Counted from the stretch's first letter, positions 37,887-49,041 are shown. The stretch: 64,000 bases of DNA from Pseudomonadota bacterium (GCA_039814715.1 JBCCAR010000016.1:12030-76029); one strand, 5' to 3'. Made by a program: numbers and translations. Notes: a model not told the origin generated them from the letters alone.

Positions 37887-38924
37887 CTAGGTCTCGCTCT
37901 TTGGCAGCGAGAATTTCAGTAATAATGTGCGTTGCAGCGCATTAAAGTTATCATCCGATATTAGGTACAGGGTCGTTCCCCCTAGCGCGCCTGGCAGGGC
38001 GGTTATGCCCTCCAAATTATCAACGGTCGTTGGCGGCGAAAACCGGGCAAGCTCTTCGCCCTTAATGGCACTGGTTGACGCGCCTAGCGTATTCACTGGA
38101 ACTGATGAGATCAGTCCTGAGACTCCAGATAAAATACTGAAATGACGGTGCAGGATAAACACCGTATCGCCTAGCCGCGCCATGTCCGTTGGCGCAAATG
38201 GCCGCGGGGATTGATAGCCCAAGCGCACGGCTGCGCTATCGGCCAATCCTGCTTCAGGCATACGCCAGCCCAGCCTGCCGCCGCCTGCACGTCCTTGTTC
38301 GCTAAAAAAGACCAAGGTTCCTTCAGGCAAAACAGTGAGCGCTTCAATGCCGCCATTGGCAGGCAGCATTTGTACCCCGCTTGGCACGGTGATCGGTTCT
38401 GGCCTGCTGCTGGCGACGCTGCAGAGGTCTGACGGATCATCAAGCGGGTAGCGCCAAATGCGGTGATTGGCTTCAAAAGATACCAAAATGCTGCGGCCAT
38501 TAGACGAGAGCGTCAGTCCTTCGGCGTCGCCCTTTTTGCGCCCCGTCAGCGGCGCGCCCTTCAGCCCTTTCACTGGCGCCATCCACGCATTTGCTATGCC
38601 TATGAGGCGTCCATCCCTTGTGGTTTGGGGCGTAAAACACAGCCAGTGCCCACGGTCACTCACGGCAATGAGATGGCTTTCATCACGCGCTGCAAGGAGG
38701 CCCGAAAAGCCGCCAAAGTCCTCATAGCTGCTGGCCAGTGCCAGCCCGCCTTGATAGGTCAAAGCGCCCAACTGGGCCTCCCCAGGCGCGTCACTATTGA
38801 GGGGGACAGCCTTGGCAGAAACGGAAATGTCCGTAGCGCCAGGCACTTTGGGGCGTGCTGCTGGGGCCTGCGCGAGGGCTAGTGCTGGCCATAACGCGAT
38901 GAGGAAAGCAGTAAAGCGCCTCAA
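37887..38924 (-). CDS. Secreted 'esterase-like activity of phytase' family protein
   Basis: It has a signal peptide ([18 protein letters not shown]). 'FGGFSGL...AVSDRGHW' is typical of the phytase-like beta-propeller family. Confidence 0.55.
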   Translation of the reverse strand: MRRFTAFLIALWPALALAQAPAARPKVPGATDISVSAKAVPLNSDAPGEAQLGALTYQGGLALASSYEDFGGFSGLLAARDESHLIAVSDRGHWLCFTPQTTRDGRLIGIANAWMAPVKGLKGAPLTGRKKGDAEGLTLSSNGRSILVSFEANHRIWRYPLDDPSDLCSVASSRPEPITVPSGVQMLPANGGIEALTVLPEGTLVFFSEQGRAGGGRLGWRMPEAGLADSAAVRLGYQSPRPFAPTDMARLGDTVFILHRHFSILSGVSGLISSVPVNTLGASTSAIKGEELARFSPPTTVDNLEGITALPGALGGTTLYLISDDNFNALQRTLLLKFSLPKSET

Positions 38925-40780
38925 GCCGCACGCCGCCTCGGGCCGTCATCGTCGAATAAGGCGGCCAATTGCTCTGTCATGGCGCCGCCCAGCTGTTCTG
39001 CATCCAAAATCGTGACAGCGCGCCGATAATAGCGGGTGACGTCGTGGCCAATCCCGATGGCGAGCAATTCAACGGGGCTGCGGGTTTCAATCCAGCTAAT
39101 CACTTGGCGCAAATGCCGTTCTAAATAGCTGCCAGAGTTGACCGATAGCGTTGAATCGTCCACCGGCGCACCATCTGAAATGACCATCATGATGCGCCGT
39201 TCTTCGGGCCGATTGACGATGCGGTTGTGCGCCCAAAGCAGGCCTTCCCCATCAATGTTTTCTTTCAAAAGCCCCTCGCGCATCATGAGGCCAAGGTTTT
39301 TGCGGGTCCGCCTCCAGGGTGCATCTGCCGTTTTGTAGATGATGTGGCGTAAGTCATTCAAGCGGCCGGGGTGAGCGGGCTTGCCCGCTTCAATCCAAGC
39401 ATCACGGCTATCACCGCCTTTCCAGGCGCGGGTGGTGAACCCAAGGATTTCGACCTTCACGGCGCAGCGCTCTAATGTGCGCGCAAGAATATCCGCGCAG
39501 ATGGCCGCAATCGAGATCGGCCTGCCGCGCATGGAGCCAGAATTGTCGATGAGCAGCGTAACTACGGTATCGCGAAAATCTGTCTCGCGCTCCATTTTAT
39601 AGCTCAGCGCATGGCGTGGGTCCGTCACCACGCGGGTGAGGCGGGCGGCATCTAGCAGGCCTTCTTCTAAGTCAAATTCCCAGGCGCGGTTCTGCTGCGC
39701 TTGGAGGCGCCGCTGCAGGCGGTTGGCCAGCTTCGTGACTGCGCTTTGCAGGGGCACAAGTTGCTGGTCTAAATAGGCCCTTAGGCGCGCCAGTTCATCT
39801 GCGTCGCAAAGTTCTTCCGCCTTGATCACTTCATCAAACTGCTCGGTGAAAGGCCGATAAGAGAAATCCGGCGGCAGATTCGAAAACGGCGTATTTGGCC
39901 GGTACGGTGTCATCCCCTCATGTTGGTCATCGCCGGACATGTCCTCGTCAGAGGGCTCCATTTCCATGTCGCGGGTTTCAGTTTCTTCGCTATCGCCTTC
40001 CGCTTCGGAGGCGTCGCCGGAGGGTTCAGGCTCGCCTTCGCCCGCCGCGCTTTCCTCATCGCCGCTGTCGTCTTCATTATCTTCTTCGTTTTCGTTTTGC
40101 GCCTGGTCGTCGTCAGCGCTGTCATCTTCGCTTTCCTCATCGCCGCCATCATCTTCGATATTGAGATCGCTGATGATCCGTTTTGCCACTTTGGCAAATG
40201 CACTTTGATCGTCAACGGCATTTAAGAGTTGTGCGATGTCTTGGCCTGCTTCTTTATCAATCCACTCGCGCACTAAATCGACTGAGGCCTGCGCTTCGGA
40301 GGGCACTGGCCGGCCGGTCATTTGTTCACGCGCTATGAGGGAAAGCGCCGCAGCGAGCGGGACATCGCTTTGCGCTTCAATGCCTTCCAGGCCATCGCCT
40401 TTGCAGCGGTTGGAGACAACTTGATCTAAGTTGTCTGCGACACCGTCCATTTGGTTGCAGCCGATTGCCTCAATGCGCGCCTGCTCAAGGGCATCATATA
40501 TCTCTCGTCCCAGGCCCGCTGGCGGTTGCTGGCGCATATGAATGCGCGCATCATGGTGTTTGAGCCGCAGCGCCATAGCGTCAGATAAGCCGCGAATTTG
40601 GCGCACTTGGTCGGGCTTGAGTGTTTTGGCAGGCGTTGGCAGACGGGCCTGTTTGCCAGTGAGGCCTGGTTTGTCCGCGCTGTAGGTGACCTCAAGTTCA
40701 GGCTCGCCCGCCAAGGCGCGCATGGTGGATTTGATCGCGTCCTTTAAAACGTCAGCCTGGTCGTCTTTTGCTTTGGTCAT
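38921..40780 (-). CDS. cobT: Cobaltochelatase CobT-like subunit (vWA domain, acidic linker)
   Basis: 619 aa. It has a central Asp/Glu-rich tract and a C-terminal vWA/MIDAS motif 'LLIDNSGSM'. It is adjacent to cobS. Confidence 0.8.
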   Translation of the reverse strand: MTKAKDDQADVLKDAIKSTMRALAGEPELEVTYSADKPGLTGKQARLPTPAKTLKPDQVRQIRGLSDAMALRLKHHDARIHMRQQPPAGLGREIYDALEQARIEAIGCNQMDGVADNLDQVVSNRCKGDGLEGIEAQSDVPLAAALSLIAREQMTGRPVPSEAQASVDLVREWIDKEAGQDIAQLLNAVDDQSAFAKVAKRIISDLNIEDDGGDEESEDDSADDDQAQNENEEDNEDDSGDEESAAGEGEPEPSGDASEAEGDSEETETRDMEMEPSDEDMSGDDQHEGMTPYRPNTPFSNLPPDFSYRPFTEQFDEVIKAEELCDADELARLRAYLDQQLVPLQSAVTKLANRLQRRLQAQQNRAWEFDLEEGLLDAARLTRVVTDPRHALSYKMERETDFRDTVVTLLIDNSGSMRGRPISIAAICADILARTLERCAVKVEILGFTTRAWKGGDSRDAWIEAGKPAHPGRLNDLRHIIYKTADAPWRRTRKNLGLMMREGLLKENIDGEGLLWAHNRIVNRPEERRIMMVISDGAPVDDSTLSVNSGSYLERHLRQVISWIETRSPVELLAIGIGHDVTRYYRRAVTILDAEQLGGAMTEQLAALFDDDGPRRRAA

Positions 40781-40789
40781 GGGGGCGCG

Positions 40790-41782
40790 CTAGCTGGCGC
40801 TCATCACGCTTTCAGGCAGCTCTTCGCCAAAACAGCGCTGATAATATTCCGCCACCAAAGGACGTTCGGTTTCATCGCACTTGTTGAGGAAGGAGACCCG
40901 GAAGGCAAAGCCAGAGCTTTTGAAGATATCCGCATTTTGCGCCCAAGTGATGACGGTACGCGGGCTCATCACGGTGCTGAGATCGCCATTCATAAAGCCT
41001 TGGCGCGTCAGCTCCGCGCAGCGCACCATGGAACTTAGGGTCTTTTTACCGCCTTCGGTATCGTAGCTTGGGTTCTTTGCCAACACGATACCCAGCTCCT
41101 GCTCAAAGGGCAGATAGTTCAGGGTCATGACAATCGACCAGCGGTCCATCTGGCCCTGGTTGATTTGCTGGGTGCCGTGGTACAATCCAGTTGTATCGCC
41201 AAGGCCAACCGTATTGGCCGTTGCAAATAAGCGGAAATACGGGTGCGGGCGGATGACGCGGTTTTGGTCGAGCAAGGTCAGCTTACCTTCAATTTCCAAG
41301 ATCCGCTGGATCACAAACATGACGTCTGGCCGGCCAGCATCATATTCGTCAAACACCAGCGCTGTCGGCGTCTGAAGCGCCCATGGAAGAATGCCTTCTT
41401 GAAACTCGGTGACCTGCTTGCCGTCGCGCAGGACGATGGCATCTTTGCCAACCAAATCAATGCGCGAAATATGGCTGTCCAAGTTAATGCGTACACACGG
41501 CCAATTCAGCCGCGCTGCCACTTGTTCAATATGGGTTGATTTTCCAGTGCCATGATAACCTTGGATCATCACGCGGCGATTGTGCGCAAAGCCAGCCAGG
41601 ATCGCGAGCGTTGTCTCCGGATCGAATACATAGGATTCGTCGCGGTCAGGCACGCGGTCATCGGGGTCTGAAAAGGCAGGGACTTCCATGTCCACATCCA
41701 CGCCAAAGACATCGCGAACGGAAACGCTTTGGTCGGGCGCAAGTGCGTGTGCGGCGTCCATTTGGCCTGGGTCTACGGTCAT
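40790..41782 (-). CDS. cobS: Cobaltochelatase CobS-like AAA+ ATPase
   Basis: 330 aa. Walker A 'GYHGTGKST' and Walker B 'LVFDEYD' are present. Confidence 0.8.
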   Translation of the reverse strand: MTVDPGQMDAAHALAPDQSVSVRDVFGVDVDMEVPAFSDPDDRVPDRDESYVFDPETTLAILAGFAHNRRVMIQGYHGTGKSTHIEQVAARLNWPCVRINLDSHISRIDLVGKDAIVLRDGKQVTEFQEGILPWALQTPTALVFDEYDAGRPDVMFVIQRILEIEGKLTLLDQNRVIRPHPYFRLFATANTVGLGDTTGLYHGTQQINQGQMDRWSIVMTLNYLPFEQELGIVLAKNPSYDTEGGKKTLSSMVRCAELTRQGFMNGDLSTVMSPRTVITWAQNADIFKSSGFAFRVSFLNKCDETERPLVAEYYQRCFGEELPESVMSAS

Positions 41783-41846
41783 AACTGGAGGTACCCTTGT
41801 AACAGTGCGTTATCGCGCCCTCTAGCGGGCGCTTATGTGTTGGTGT

Positions 41847-42461
41847 TTATCTACTGGTCTGCTGACCATCCATCAACTGATGATATGCCGCAATAACCGC
41901 TTGCATCTTTTTCTCGCCCGTTCGGTCGCCGCCATTTGCGTCAGGATGGTATTGCTTTAAGAGCACTTTATAGCGTTTTTTAATGTCCTCTACGCTTGCT
42001 GTTTCTGTCAGGCCCAAGGTCGATAAGGCCCGCGATTGGACGTTTGAAAGCGGCCGGCCCGCGTGGCCCGGTGATTCGGCAAAGCGGTGGAAGCGTCCAT
42101 CGCTTGAAAAGATGCCATGCATGTCTTTCATGCGCAGCGAGGCCAACTCTTCCGGGTTCATGCGAAAGGGGAAGGTTGGCCCATCCCAACTGGGGTGCGC
42201 TTGGCGCGCGCTAGCATGGTCTTCGGGGCTCAGCGCGTCAAAATAGTTCCACGATTCGTTATGCTCGCGTACATGCTCGAGGCAGAACCAGTGCCACTGC
42301 GGCGGTTCATCGCTGCGCCGGGCGGCTTGTTTGGGCGCTTTAAATTCGCCCGCCTCCTTACAGCCTGGCCAATCGCATATGCGCCCATCGCTATGCTCGA
42401 CCCGCCCATGGTAGCGATTACTTGGCCTTTTGCCGTTTTTGCCTGATTGACTTGCGCTCAT
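41847..42461 (-). CDS. J-domain (DnaJ-like) protein
   Basis: The C-terminal J domain 'IKKRYKVLLKQYHPDANGGD' carries the HPD motif. Confidence 0.75.
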   Translation of the reverse strand: MSASQSGKNGKRPSNRYHGRVEHSDGRICDWPGCKEAGEFKAPKQAARRSDEPPQWHWFCLEHVREHNESWNYFDALSPEDHASARQAHPSWDGPTFPFRMNPEELASLRMKDMHGIFSSDGRFHRFAESPGHAGRPLSNVQSRALSTLGLTETASVEDIKKRYKVLLKQYHPDANGGDRTGEKKMQAVIAAYHQLMDGQQTSR

Positions 42462-42519
42462 TCATGATAATGTAGTTGAGATACCCGCAAACGCCAGCGT
42501 CTCGTACGGAAAGCCCTTG

Positions 42520-42816
42520 ATGGATAATTATCACGCCCGCATTGAAGACAAACTTACCGATAAATTTGCGCCCGAAACACTAAAAGTCGTGGACCAAAGC
42601 CACCTCCATGCTGGCCATGCCGGTGCGCGCGAGGGCGGGCAAACGCATTTCATGGTTATGATGGTCTCTGACGCCTTTGAAGGCACAAACCGTGTTGCCC
42701 GCCAGCGCCTGGTTTATACGGCGCTCAAAGAAGAGCTTGAAGAGCGTGTGCACGCCCTTTCTCTCACCTTACGCACGCCCCGTGAAGCATCAGCCTTAGC
42801 GCAAAGTGAGGGCTAA
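42520..42816 (+). CDS. BolA-family protein
   Basis: 'VVDQSHLHAGHAG' and 'RQRLVYTAL' are present. I prefer ATG 42520 over the TTG at 42517. Confidence 0.75.
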   Translation: MDNYHARIEDKLTDKFAPETLKVVDQSHLHAGHAGAREGGQTHFMVMMVSDAFEGTNRVARQRLVYTALKEELEERVHALSLTLRTPREASALAQSEG

Positions 42817-43692
42817 CGTTATGGGTAGGATGCCCATTGCGAGTACCAGGCTGGCGACAATATAGCCCGCCACTGCGGCGTCATCATGCCCCGTTTTGCC
42901 AGCTAAAATATAGTTGAAGACAGCAATCGGCATCATGGAGACTAAGAGGATAATGGGCTTAATCTCAGTTGGGATTGGCAGGATGGTTATGAGGATCAGC
43001 CCAGCAACGAGCCCCAACCCATAGCGAACGCCGGCCCATGCCAGTGCCTGCCACAGTCCTTGCGGCTGCATGCGCGCGATGCCGCCGCCTAAAGCGAGTA
43101 ACATCGCTGGGATTGCAACGCCGCCTGCCAGATCAGCGCTGTCCATCACCCATGGCGGCGGCATGACGTTTCCTGCCCGCAGCAGCGCGGCCAGCAGCAG
43201 CGCCCAGAGCAGCGGAAAGCGCAGCAGGCGGCCAGGGTCCCAAGTGCCGCTGGCAATGCGCCAACCAACCGTGAACTGCAGAAAAATAGACACAGCAAAG
43301 AACGTCGCGGCGATTGTCAAGCCTGTTTGGCCAAAGGCAAACAAACATACCGGCATGCCGATATTGCCCCAATTGCTAAAGCTGAGGCCAGTCAGGCCCG
43401 GCTGCAGCGCTTGCCCGCTCATCTTCAGACATGCCAGCAGACCTAGATGGGTGATCAGGATATAGGCTCCGGCCCCCAGCGCCGCTGTGCCGAGCAGGGC
43501 CGTATCAACAGGCGCGCGCAGCAAGGTGGCAAATAGCAAGGCGGGTACGCCGATGTGCAATGACACATCGCCAATGAACTGACTCTTAAAATTCGGGTCT
43601 GCGCGCGCCCATACAAATCCAGCTAGCGCTATTAGAAATACCGGTAGGAGAATGGCGCCAATTTGCCCGGCCAGGGCAATCATCTCTGTCAC
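42796..43692 (-). CDS. AEC (auxin efflux carrier) family transporter
   Basis: 298 aa and polytopic. The 3' end overlaps the bolA-like 3' end convergently by 21 nt. Confidence 0.6.
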   Translation of the reverse strand: MTEMIALAGQIGAILLPVFLIALAGFVWARADPNFKSQFIGDVSLHIGVPALLFATLLRAPVDTALLGTAALGAGAYILITHLGLLACLKMSGQALQPGLTGLSFSNWGNIGMPVCLFAFGQTGLTIAATFFAVSIFLQFTVGWRIASGTWDPGRLLRFPLLWALLLAALLRAGNVMPPPWVMDSADLAGGVAIPAMLLALGGGIARMQPQGLWQALAWAGVRYGLGLVAGLILITILPIPTEIKPIILLVSMMPIAVFNYILAGKTGHDDAAVAGYIVASLVLAMGILPITLALTLR

Positions 43693-44978
43693 GCTGTTTC
43701 TGGCTGCGCAGGCTCAAGGTTCGTGATCTTTAACAAGGTGATTTGGTTGCGCTGGCGGCGCATGACTTCAAAGCGGCGATCGAAGAATTCAAATACCTGG
43801 CCTTTGACGGGAATGATCCGCGCTTGATTGATGAGAAGCCCAGCCACAGTCGCGGCATCTTCATCCGGCAACGTCCAATCCATCCGGCGGTTGAGGTCAC
43901 GGATAGTCACTGCCCCCTCCACCGTGATCGAGCCATCGCCTTCAAATGTAATGCCGCTGGTTTCGAAAGTGTCATACTCATCGGCAATATCGCCAACAAT
44001 CTCTTCGAGAATGTCTTCCAGCGTCAGCAGCCCAAGAATGACGCCATATTCGTCCACCACCACGGCAAAGTGGCTATTGCGGGCTGTAAAGGCGTCCAGC
44101 TGTTCGCGCAGGGACGTCGTCTCGGGGACAAACCATGGCTTGGACATCAAGCTTTTGATGTTGACGCGGTCGCGCCGCCCGCCCGGCTTCATGAGCGCGC
44201 GCAAAATGTCCTTGGCATGGATAACCCCGATGATGTTGTCTGGATCATCGAGATATAGCGGAATGCGGGTGTAGGGCGCATCAATGACCTGTTGAATGAT
44301 ATCAGAGGGCGGCAGGCTTGCATCAATCATCCGCATGTTGCGCCGATGGACCATCACGTCGGCAATGTTCACGTCATCGAGATCGAGAATGCTGCCCAGC
44401 ATGTCGCGGTGTTCTTTGATGATACCGCCTTCAGAGGCATGCAAATCAATGGTGCCGCGAATTTCTTCGTGGCTTGAAAGGAAGGTATCTTTCTCCGAAA
44501 TATCGATGCCGAACAGCGAGAGCGTGCGCCGCACGATCTCTTGGACGAGGTTGACGACCGGGCCCAAGATGGTCGCAAGCACAGAGATGGGCGGCGTGAC
44601 GGCGAGCGCAACTTTGTCCGCTCGGCTAATCGCCAGTGTTTTAGGCAGCACTTCTGCAAAAATGAGAACAAGCGCTGTCATGGCGAGCGTAGCATAGACT
44701 ACGCCCGCTTCGCCAAACAGCTGCATCATCACGCTGGTGGCCAGCGCAGAGGCGAGAATGTTCACCAGATTGTTGCCAAGCAAAATCGTGCCGATAAAGC
44801 GCTCGGGCAGTTCGACCAAGGCTTCAAACTGGAGCGCGCGCTTATCGCCTTCACTGGCCATGGTGCGCATGCGCGCCCGCGACGCAGCCGTCAGCGCTGT
44901 CTCAGAGCCTGAAAAAAAGCCGGACAAGATCAATAGAAACAAAACGGCGAAGATTGCTACGCCAACATCGCTACTCAT
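43689..44978 (-). CDS. HlyC/CorC (CNNM/DUF21 + CBS pair + CorC_HlyC) family transporter
   Basis: 429 aa with an N-terminal DUF21 membrane domain, CBS region and C-terminal transporter-associated domain. Confidence 0.8.
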   Translation of the reverse strand: MSSDVGVAIFAVLFLLILSGFFSGSETALTAASRARMRTMASEGDKRALQFEALVELPERFIGTILLGNNLVNILASALATSVMMQLFGEAGVVYATLAMTALVLIFAEVLPKTLAISRADKVALAVTPPISVLATILGPVVNLVQEIVRRTLSLFGIDISEKDTFLSSHEEIRGTIDLHASEGGIIKEHRDMLGSILDLDDVNIADVMVHRRNMRMIDASLPPSDIIQQVIDAPYTRIPLYLDDPDNIIGVIHAKDILRALMKPGGRRDRVNIKSLMSKPWFVPETTSLREQLDAFTARNSHFAVVVDEYGVILGLLTLEDILEEIVGDIADEYDTFETSGITFEGDGSITVEGAVTIRDLNRRMDWTLPDEDAATVAGLLINQARIIPVKGQVFEFFDRRFEVMRRQRNQITLLKITNLEPAQPETA

Positions 44979-46114
44979 AGGGGGCCTGCTTGCTCTGCGG
45001 AGAGTATTTTTTCAATCATCGGCTCTAGCACGGCGGCGCCAACATCGCGCGTTAGAAACGCTTGGCCAATGCCGCGGCTCAGAATGAGGGTGATGCGGTC
45101 ATCCATATTCTTTTTGTCCTGCGCCATGTGGCGGATCATTTCGCTGGCCGTTAGACCTTTAAGGCCAAAGCGCTCCACGCGGCGCGGTAAGCCCAGAGCT
45201 TGGAAGGTCTCTAAGACGATGTCGAGGTCTTTGCTTGCCATATGGCCAAGGGAATGGCTGACTTGGTGCGCCATCACCATGCCGATGGAGACGGCTTCAC
45301 CGTGCAAAATGCGTCCATCAAAGCCGCCATGGGCTTCAATCGCGTGGCCAAAGGTGTGGCCCAAATTCAGCAAGGCGCGTTTGCCGGTTTCGCGCTCGTC
45401 AGCGGCGACCACGTCTGCTTTGATTTGGCAGCTGCGCGCAACGCTGTGACGCAGCGCCTCGCTATCGCACGCGAGCACTTTCTTGCCGTTTTGGTTGAGC
45501 CAATTGAAGAATTGTGGATCGCAAATAAGGCCGTATTTGACGATTTCAGCAAAGCCCGCCATGCGCTCACGCTCCGGCAGAGTGCTTAAAGCCTTGGTGT
45601 CGGCCAGCACCAAGCGCGGCTGGTAGAAGGCGCCGATCAAGTTCTTGCCTTGCGCGACGTTAATGGCTGTCTTGCCGCCGACGGAGGAATCTACCTGCGC
45701 TAAAAGTGTTGTTGGCACTTGGATGAAATCAATGCCGCGCCGCGTTATGGCCGCAGCAAAGCCAGTGAGATCCCCGATTACGCCTCCGCCCAGCGCAACA
45801 ATCATATCATTGCGCGTTATCTTTAAATCCAAAATTTGGTGGCAGAGGTTTTCCAGCTGCGCGAAAGACTTGGTGCTCTCGCCTGCTGGTAAGGTGATGG
45901 TGTCCACCCGCGCGCCCAGCTTTTTCAGCATGGCCATAAAGGGCTTTAAGTGCAGCTTGGCAACCGTGTCATCGGTGACCACCGCGCAGCGACGGCCGCC
46001 AACAAGCTGGGTCAGCGGGCGTGACGGTTTGTTTAGCAGGTCTTCCCCCACCAATATGTCATAGCTGCGGCTGCCAAGGCCAACAGAGACCGTCAAATAC
46101 GCATTATGGCTCAT
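44975..46114 (-). CDS. aroB: 3-dehydroquinate synthase
   Basis: 'GGGVIGDLTGFAAA' and 'LNLGHTFGHAIE' are present. Confidence 0.9.
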   Translation of the reverse strand: MSHNAYLTVSVGLGSRSYDILVGEDLLNKPSRPLTQLVGGRRCAVVTDDTVAKLHLKPFMAMLKKLGARVDTITLPAGESTKSFAQLENLCHQILDLKITRNDMIVALGGGVIGDLTGFAAAITRRGIDFIQVPTTLLAQVDSSVGGKTAINVAQGKNLIGAFYQPRLVLADTKALSTLPERERMAGFAEIVKYGLICDPQFFNWLNQNGKKVLACDSEALRHSVARSCQIKADVVAADERETGKRALLNLGHTFGHAIEAHGGFDGRILHGEAVSIGMVMAHQVSHSLGHMASKDLDIVLETFQALGLPRRVERFGLKGLTASEMIRHMAQDKKNMDDRITLILSRGIGQAFLTRDVGAAVLEPMIEKILSAEQAGPL

Positions 46115-46131
46115 AGGGCCCGTTTTATCCT

Positions 46132-46698
46132 TTATTCTATCTCGCTCAGCGACTTTAAAACGTTTTGCACGACGCTTGCCGCTGGGCCGCGGCCGCTTTG
46201 CACGTGAACATCCGCAAGGGCGTAAAACGGTGCACGCTCGCGCGCAAGACGGGAAAGGATTTCTCTTGGGTTGCCCGTTTTTAACAATGGACGCGTATTG
46301 CGCCGGCCAGTGCGTTCAACAAGAATGTCCACGTCCGCGTTCAGCCATACAGAGATCGCTTTTTCTAAAACAGCAGCGCGCACGCTATCATCCACAAATG
46401 CGCCGCCGCCTGTTGCTAAGACGATATTGGGGTCACCTGACAGGATACGCTCTATAACTCGGCGTTCGCCTTCGCGAAAAGACGCTTCACCAAAATCAGC
46501 GAATATATCGCCGACAGGTCGCCCAGCGGCTTTTTCAATCTCCTGGTCAGCGTCTAAAAATGTGCGGCCAAGCCGGTCGGCAAGTTTGCGCCCCACGCTG
46601 GTCTTCCCAACGCCCATGAGGCCAACAAGCACAATAGGGCGGCCGCTCACCCGGTCATGAACATCGCCGCGTGCGCTACCATGTGTAGAGACCGTCAT
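46132..46698 (-). CDS. aroK: Shikimate kinase
   Basis: P-loop 'GLMGVGKTSVG' and 'FREGERRVI' are present. Confidence 0.9.
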   Translation of the reverse strand: MTVSTHGSARGDVHDRVSGRPIVLVGLMGVGKTSVGRKLADRLGRTFLDADQEIEKAAGRPVGDIFADFGEASFREGERRVIERILSGDPNIVLATGGGAFVDDSVRAAVLEKAISVWLNADVDILVERTGRRNTRPLLKTGNPREILSRLARERAPFYALADVHVQSGRGPAASVVQNVLKSLSEIE

Positions 46699-46891
46699 GG
46701 CCTATTCTCGCCCCAAGACTAAAAAACAAAGCGTCATGCCCATCAGATAGCCGGAGTTTCTATGGTTGTGCAATGGCGGTCACACTGCCGCCCTACTTGC
46801 AGCGCAGGCCGACACGGTGTTTAAAGGATAGAAAGGCGCGCGCGCTGCACGTCAACGCATGGCATAGCCATCTTAAAATGGAAATTCAAAT

Positions 46892-47023
46892 ATGATCAGG
46901 ATTGCTTTATTGGGCCTTATCTTGCTCGCTGCTGGCGGATCGCTCTTTTTGTATTTTTGGGACGTCCCGATCGAGCAGGACATGGTCGAAATTGAACTCG
47001 ACCCATCCTTACTGCGCGAGTGA
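46892..47023 (+). CDS. Possible 43-aa single-pass membrane peptide
   Basis: The product is MIRIALLGLILLAAGGSLFLYFWDVPIEQDMVEIELDPSLLRE. Its TGA (47021-47023) overlaps the GTG (47020) of the next ORF. It is too short for the ORF track. Confidence 0.35.
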   Translation: MIRIALLGLILLAAGGSLFLYFWDVPIEQDMVEIELDPSLLRE

Positions 47024-49041
47024 AGATGGCCATGCGCCTGCTTTCTATCAGCCTCGCCGCGATATGCGCGCTGTGGGCCAGCGCAGCGGCGGCGCAGGCG
47101 CCTGTGCCAAGTGAAGTGGGTGAGAGGACTGCGCAAACATCGCCGGATTTAGCGCCGCTACCTGAAATGACGCTAACCCCCGCCGCGCCCGCGAGGCAAG
47201 CAGGCGAGATTTTGCCGTTTGCGCCAAATTTTTCGAAGGCGCCCATTCCAGACCAAAATGCGCCAACGCCGCTTCTTGATCTGACGGCATTGCCTTTGCC
47301 GGAACAGGCGCCAGTTTTCATGCCAGGTGCCGACGAGAAGAACAACGCGGGCATGAATGCGCCGCTGGAGGAGACGGGCGATCAAGGCCTGTTTCAGGCT
47401 GCCCCTCAACCACCCCTTGATTTGGTTCCCCAAACCGTCACCACGTCCCAGCTGAGTGCAAAGGACTTGGCCGGTATTGGGACGCTGAGTTTAGAGCAGG
47501 GCGGTTTTGGCGAGAGTTTATGGGCAGATACCAGCTATTCTGAACTGCTCGAGGCCCTGCAAAGTGCTGACGCCTCCGTCAAATCACCTATCATTCAAAG
47601 GGCCTTGCGCCGCCTTGCCTTATCTATTGCAATAATGCCTGGCGTATCGGAGCGCGGCGCTTGGATGCTGTTAAAGGCCCGGCTTGACTTGCTTGCCCGG
47701 TCAGGGGATTTGGCTGGCCTGCATGCCTTTGCGGCACGCTTGCCCAATGACTTAGCGCCAAAGGATATTCTCAAGCTCAAAGCCAGCGTGGCTTTACGCG
47801 CAGATGATTGGCCTATGGCCTGCGCTGCTGCAACAGAGGGCCTGCGCCGCGCAGCAACGCGGTATTGGGCCGGTGTGCGCCTTGCTTGCCGCGCTGGCCA
47901 GGGCAATCGCAGCGCTGTCGATCTGCTGCTAGATACGACTGACGCGGGGACCATGCCGCCCGCGCAGGTCCGCAGCGCCGTTGATCGCTTGCTTGAAAAG
48001 ACGGCGCCTACGTCTTTCGTTGGCGCGCGCCAAGCAGCACCCCGAGAACGCCGCGCCGCAGCGCCAACCCCATTGCTCGCCGCTATCTCTCGATTGGTTG
48101 ACGGGCCGGGGCAAGCAGATGAGGCGCTCGACCTGTTATCTTTAGAACCTCTCAGCGTCGCTAGCCTCGCTTTTGCCGCCGAGGCGCCCTTAGGAGATCG
48201 CTGGCCAGCGGTGGCAGCACTTGCGTATTGGGGGCATTTTGAGGGCGCTGAGATGCTGAGCTATGCGATCAGTACCCCGGTGAACACCCGCGCGGATGCA
48301 TCGCTTGGCCTGGCGCCAGGTCAGCTGCAACGCGCTTTATCCGCGCCCAATAGCGCTGCCATGGCGGCGCAGCTCTCGGATTTATCAGCGCAAAGTCAGT
48401 TCTCAGGCTTACCCCATATATGGACGGGCGCGATCGGGGAGGCGATGGCACATGTCCAGCCCAGTGAAGGGCTGTGGCCCCAAGCAGGCATGATTGCAGC
48501 ACACTTAGCCTACGCGGGCTATGGGGCTAATGCGGCGCAGTGGTATGATGATTTGCGCGCCCGCGTGACCTCAAGCAATGTGGAGGAGGCGCAATACATC
48601 ATGGAGGTTTGGCCTTGGGCCTTGGCTGCAAATGAGCCAGGCCGCGTCCCGTTTACATCCCGCTTGGCGGAGCTGTGGCTACAAACAAATGGGATGGACG
48701 ACAAAGGCCTGGTTTTGCCAAAAGCGAAAGTGATGTTCGCTGTTTTGGAGGGCCTTGGCTATGATACGGGCGCGGCCCTTCGCGTTGCCGTGGACGACAC
48801 GTTAAGCCCGCTGCCGGCTTCTTTGCCGCAGATGGATCGCGCTGTGTCACTTGGGCAGACAGGCCTTGCTATCCTTGCAGGCTTTGAAGCGCTCGGGCCG
48901 CAAAGCACTCTGCAGCCAGACCCGGTTCGGGTGCGCGCGGTGATTCAGAATTTGCGCGCTATCGATCAAGGCGCGCTGGCGCGGGCCATTGCCGTTGAAG
49001 CGCTCCTGCATGCCGGCGTAGCGCGTAGCAATGGCGCCTAA
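47020..49041 (+). CDS. Secreted Ala-rich hypothetical protein
   Basis: 673 aa with a signal peptide (MRLLSISLAAICALWASAAAAQA). I recognised no family motif. The start could be GTG 47020, ATG 47026 or ATG 47032. Confidence 0.6.
   Translation: MKMAMRLLSISLAAICALWASAAAAQAPVPSEVGERTAQTSPDLAPLPEMTLTPAAPARQAGEILPFAPNFSKAPIPDQNAPTPLLDLTALPLPEQAPVFMPGADEKNNAGMNAPLEETGDQGLFQAAPQPPLDLVPQTVTTSQLSAKDLAGIGTLSLEQGGFGESLWADTSYSELLEALQSADASVKSPIIQRALRRLALSIAIMPGVSERGAWMLLKARLDLLARSGDLAGLHAFAARLPNDLAPKDILKLKASVALRADDWPMACAAATEGLRRAATRYWAGVRLACRAGQGNRSAVDLLLDTTDAGTMPPAQVRSAVDRLLEKTAPTSFVGARQAAPRERRAAAPTPLLAAISRLVDGPGQADEALDLLSLEPLSVASLAFAAEAPLGDRWPAVAALAYWGHFEGAEMLSYAISTPVNTRADASLGLAPGQLQRALSAPNSAAMAAQLSDLSAQSQFSGLPHIWTGAIGEAMAHVQPSEGLWPQAGMIAAHLAYAGYGANAAQWYDDLRARVTSSNVEEAQYIMEVWPWALAANEPGRVPFTSRLAELWLQTNGMDDKGLVLPKAKVMFAVLEGLGYDTGAALRVAVDDTLSPLPASLPQMDRAVSLGQTGLAILAGFEALGPQSTLQPDPVRVRAVIQNLRAIDQGALARAIAVEALLHAGVARSNGA

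Noticed and set aside
39895-40225. Cluster of overlapping small ORFs on both strands in the middle of cobT
   Set aside because: They arise from the repetitive GAn/GAT-rich DNA encoding the Asp/Glu-rich linker of CobT. No independent coding evidence exists.
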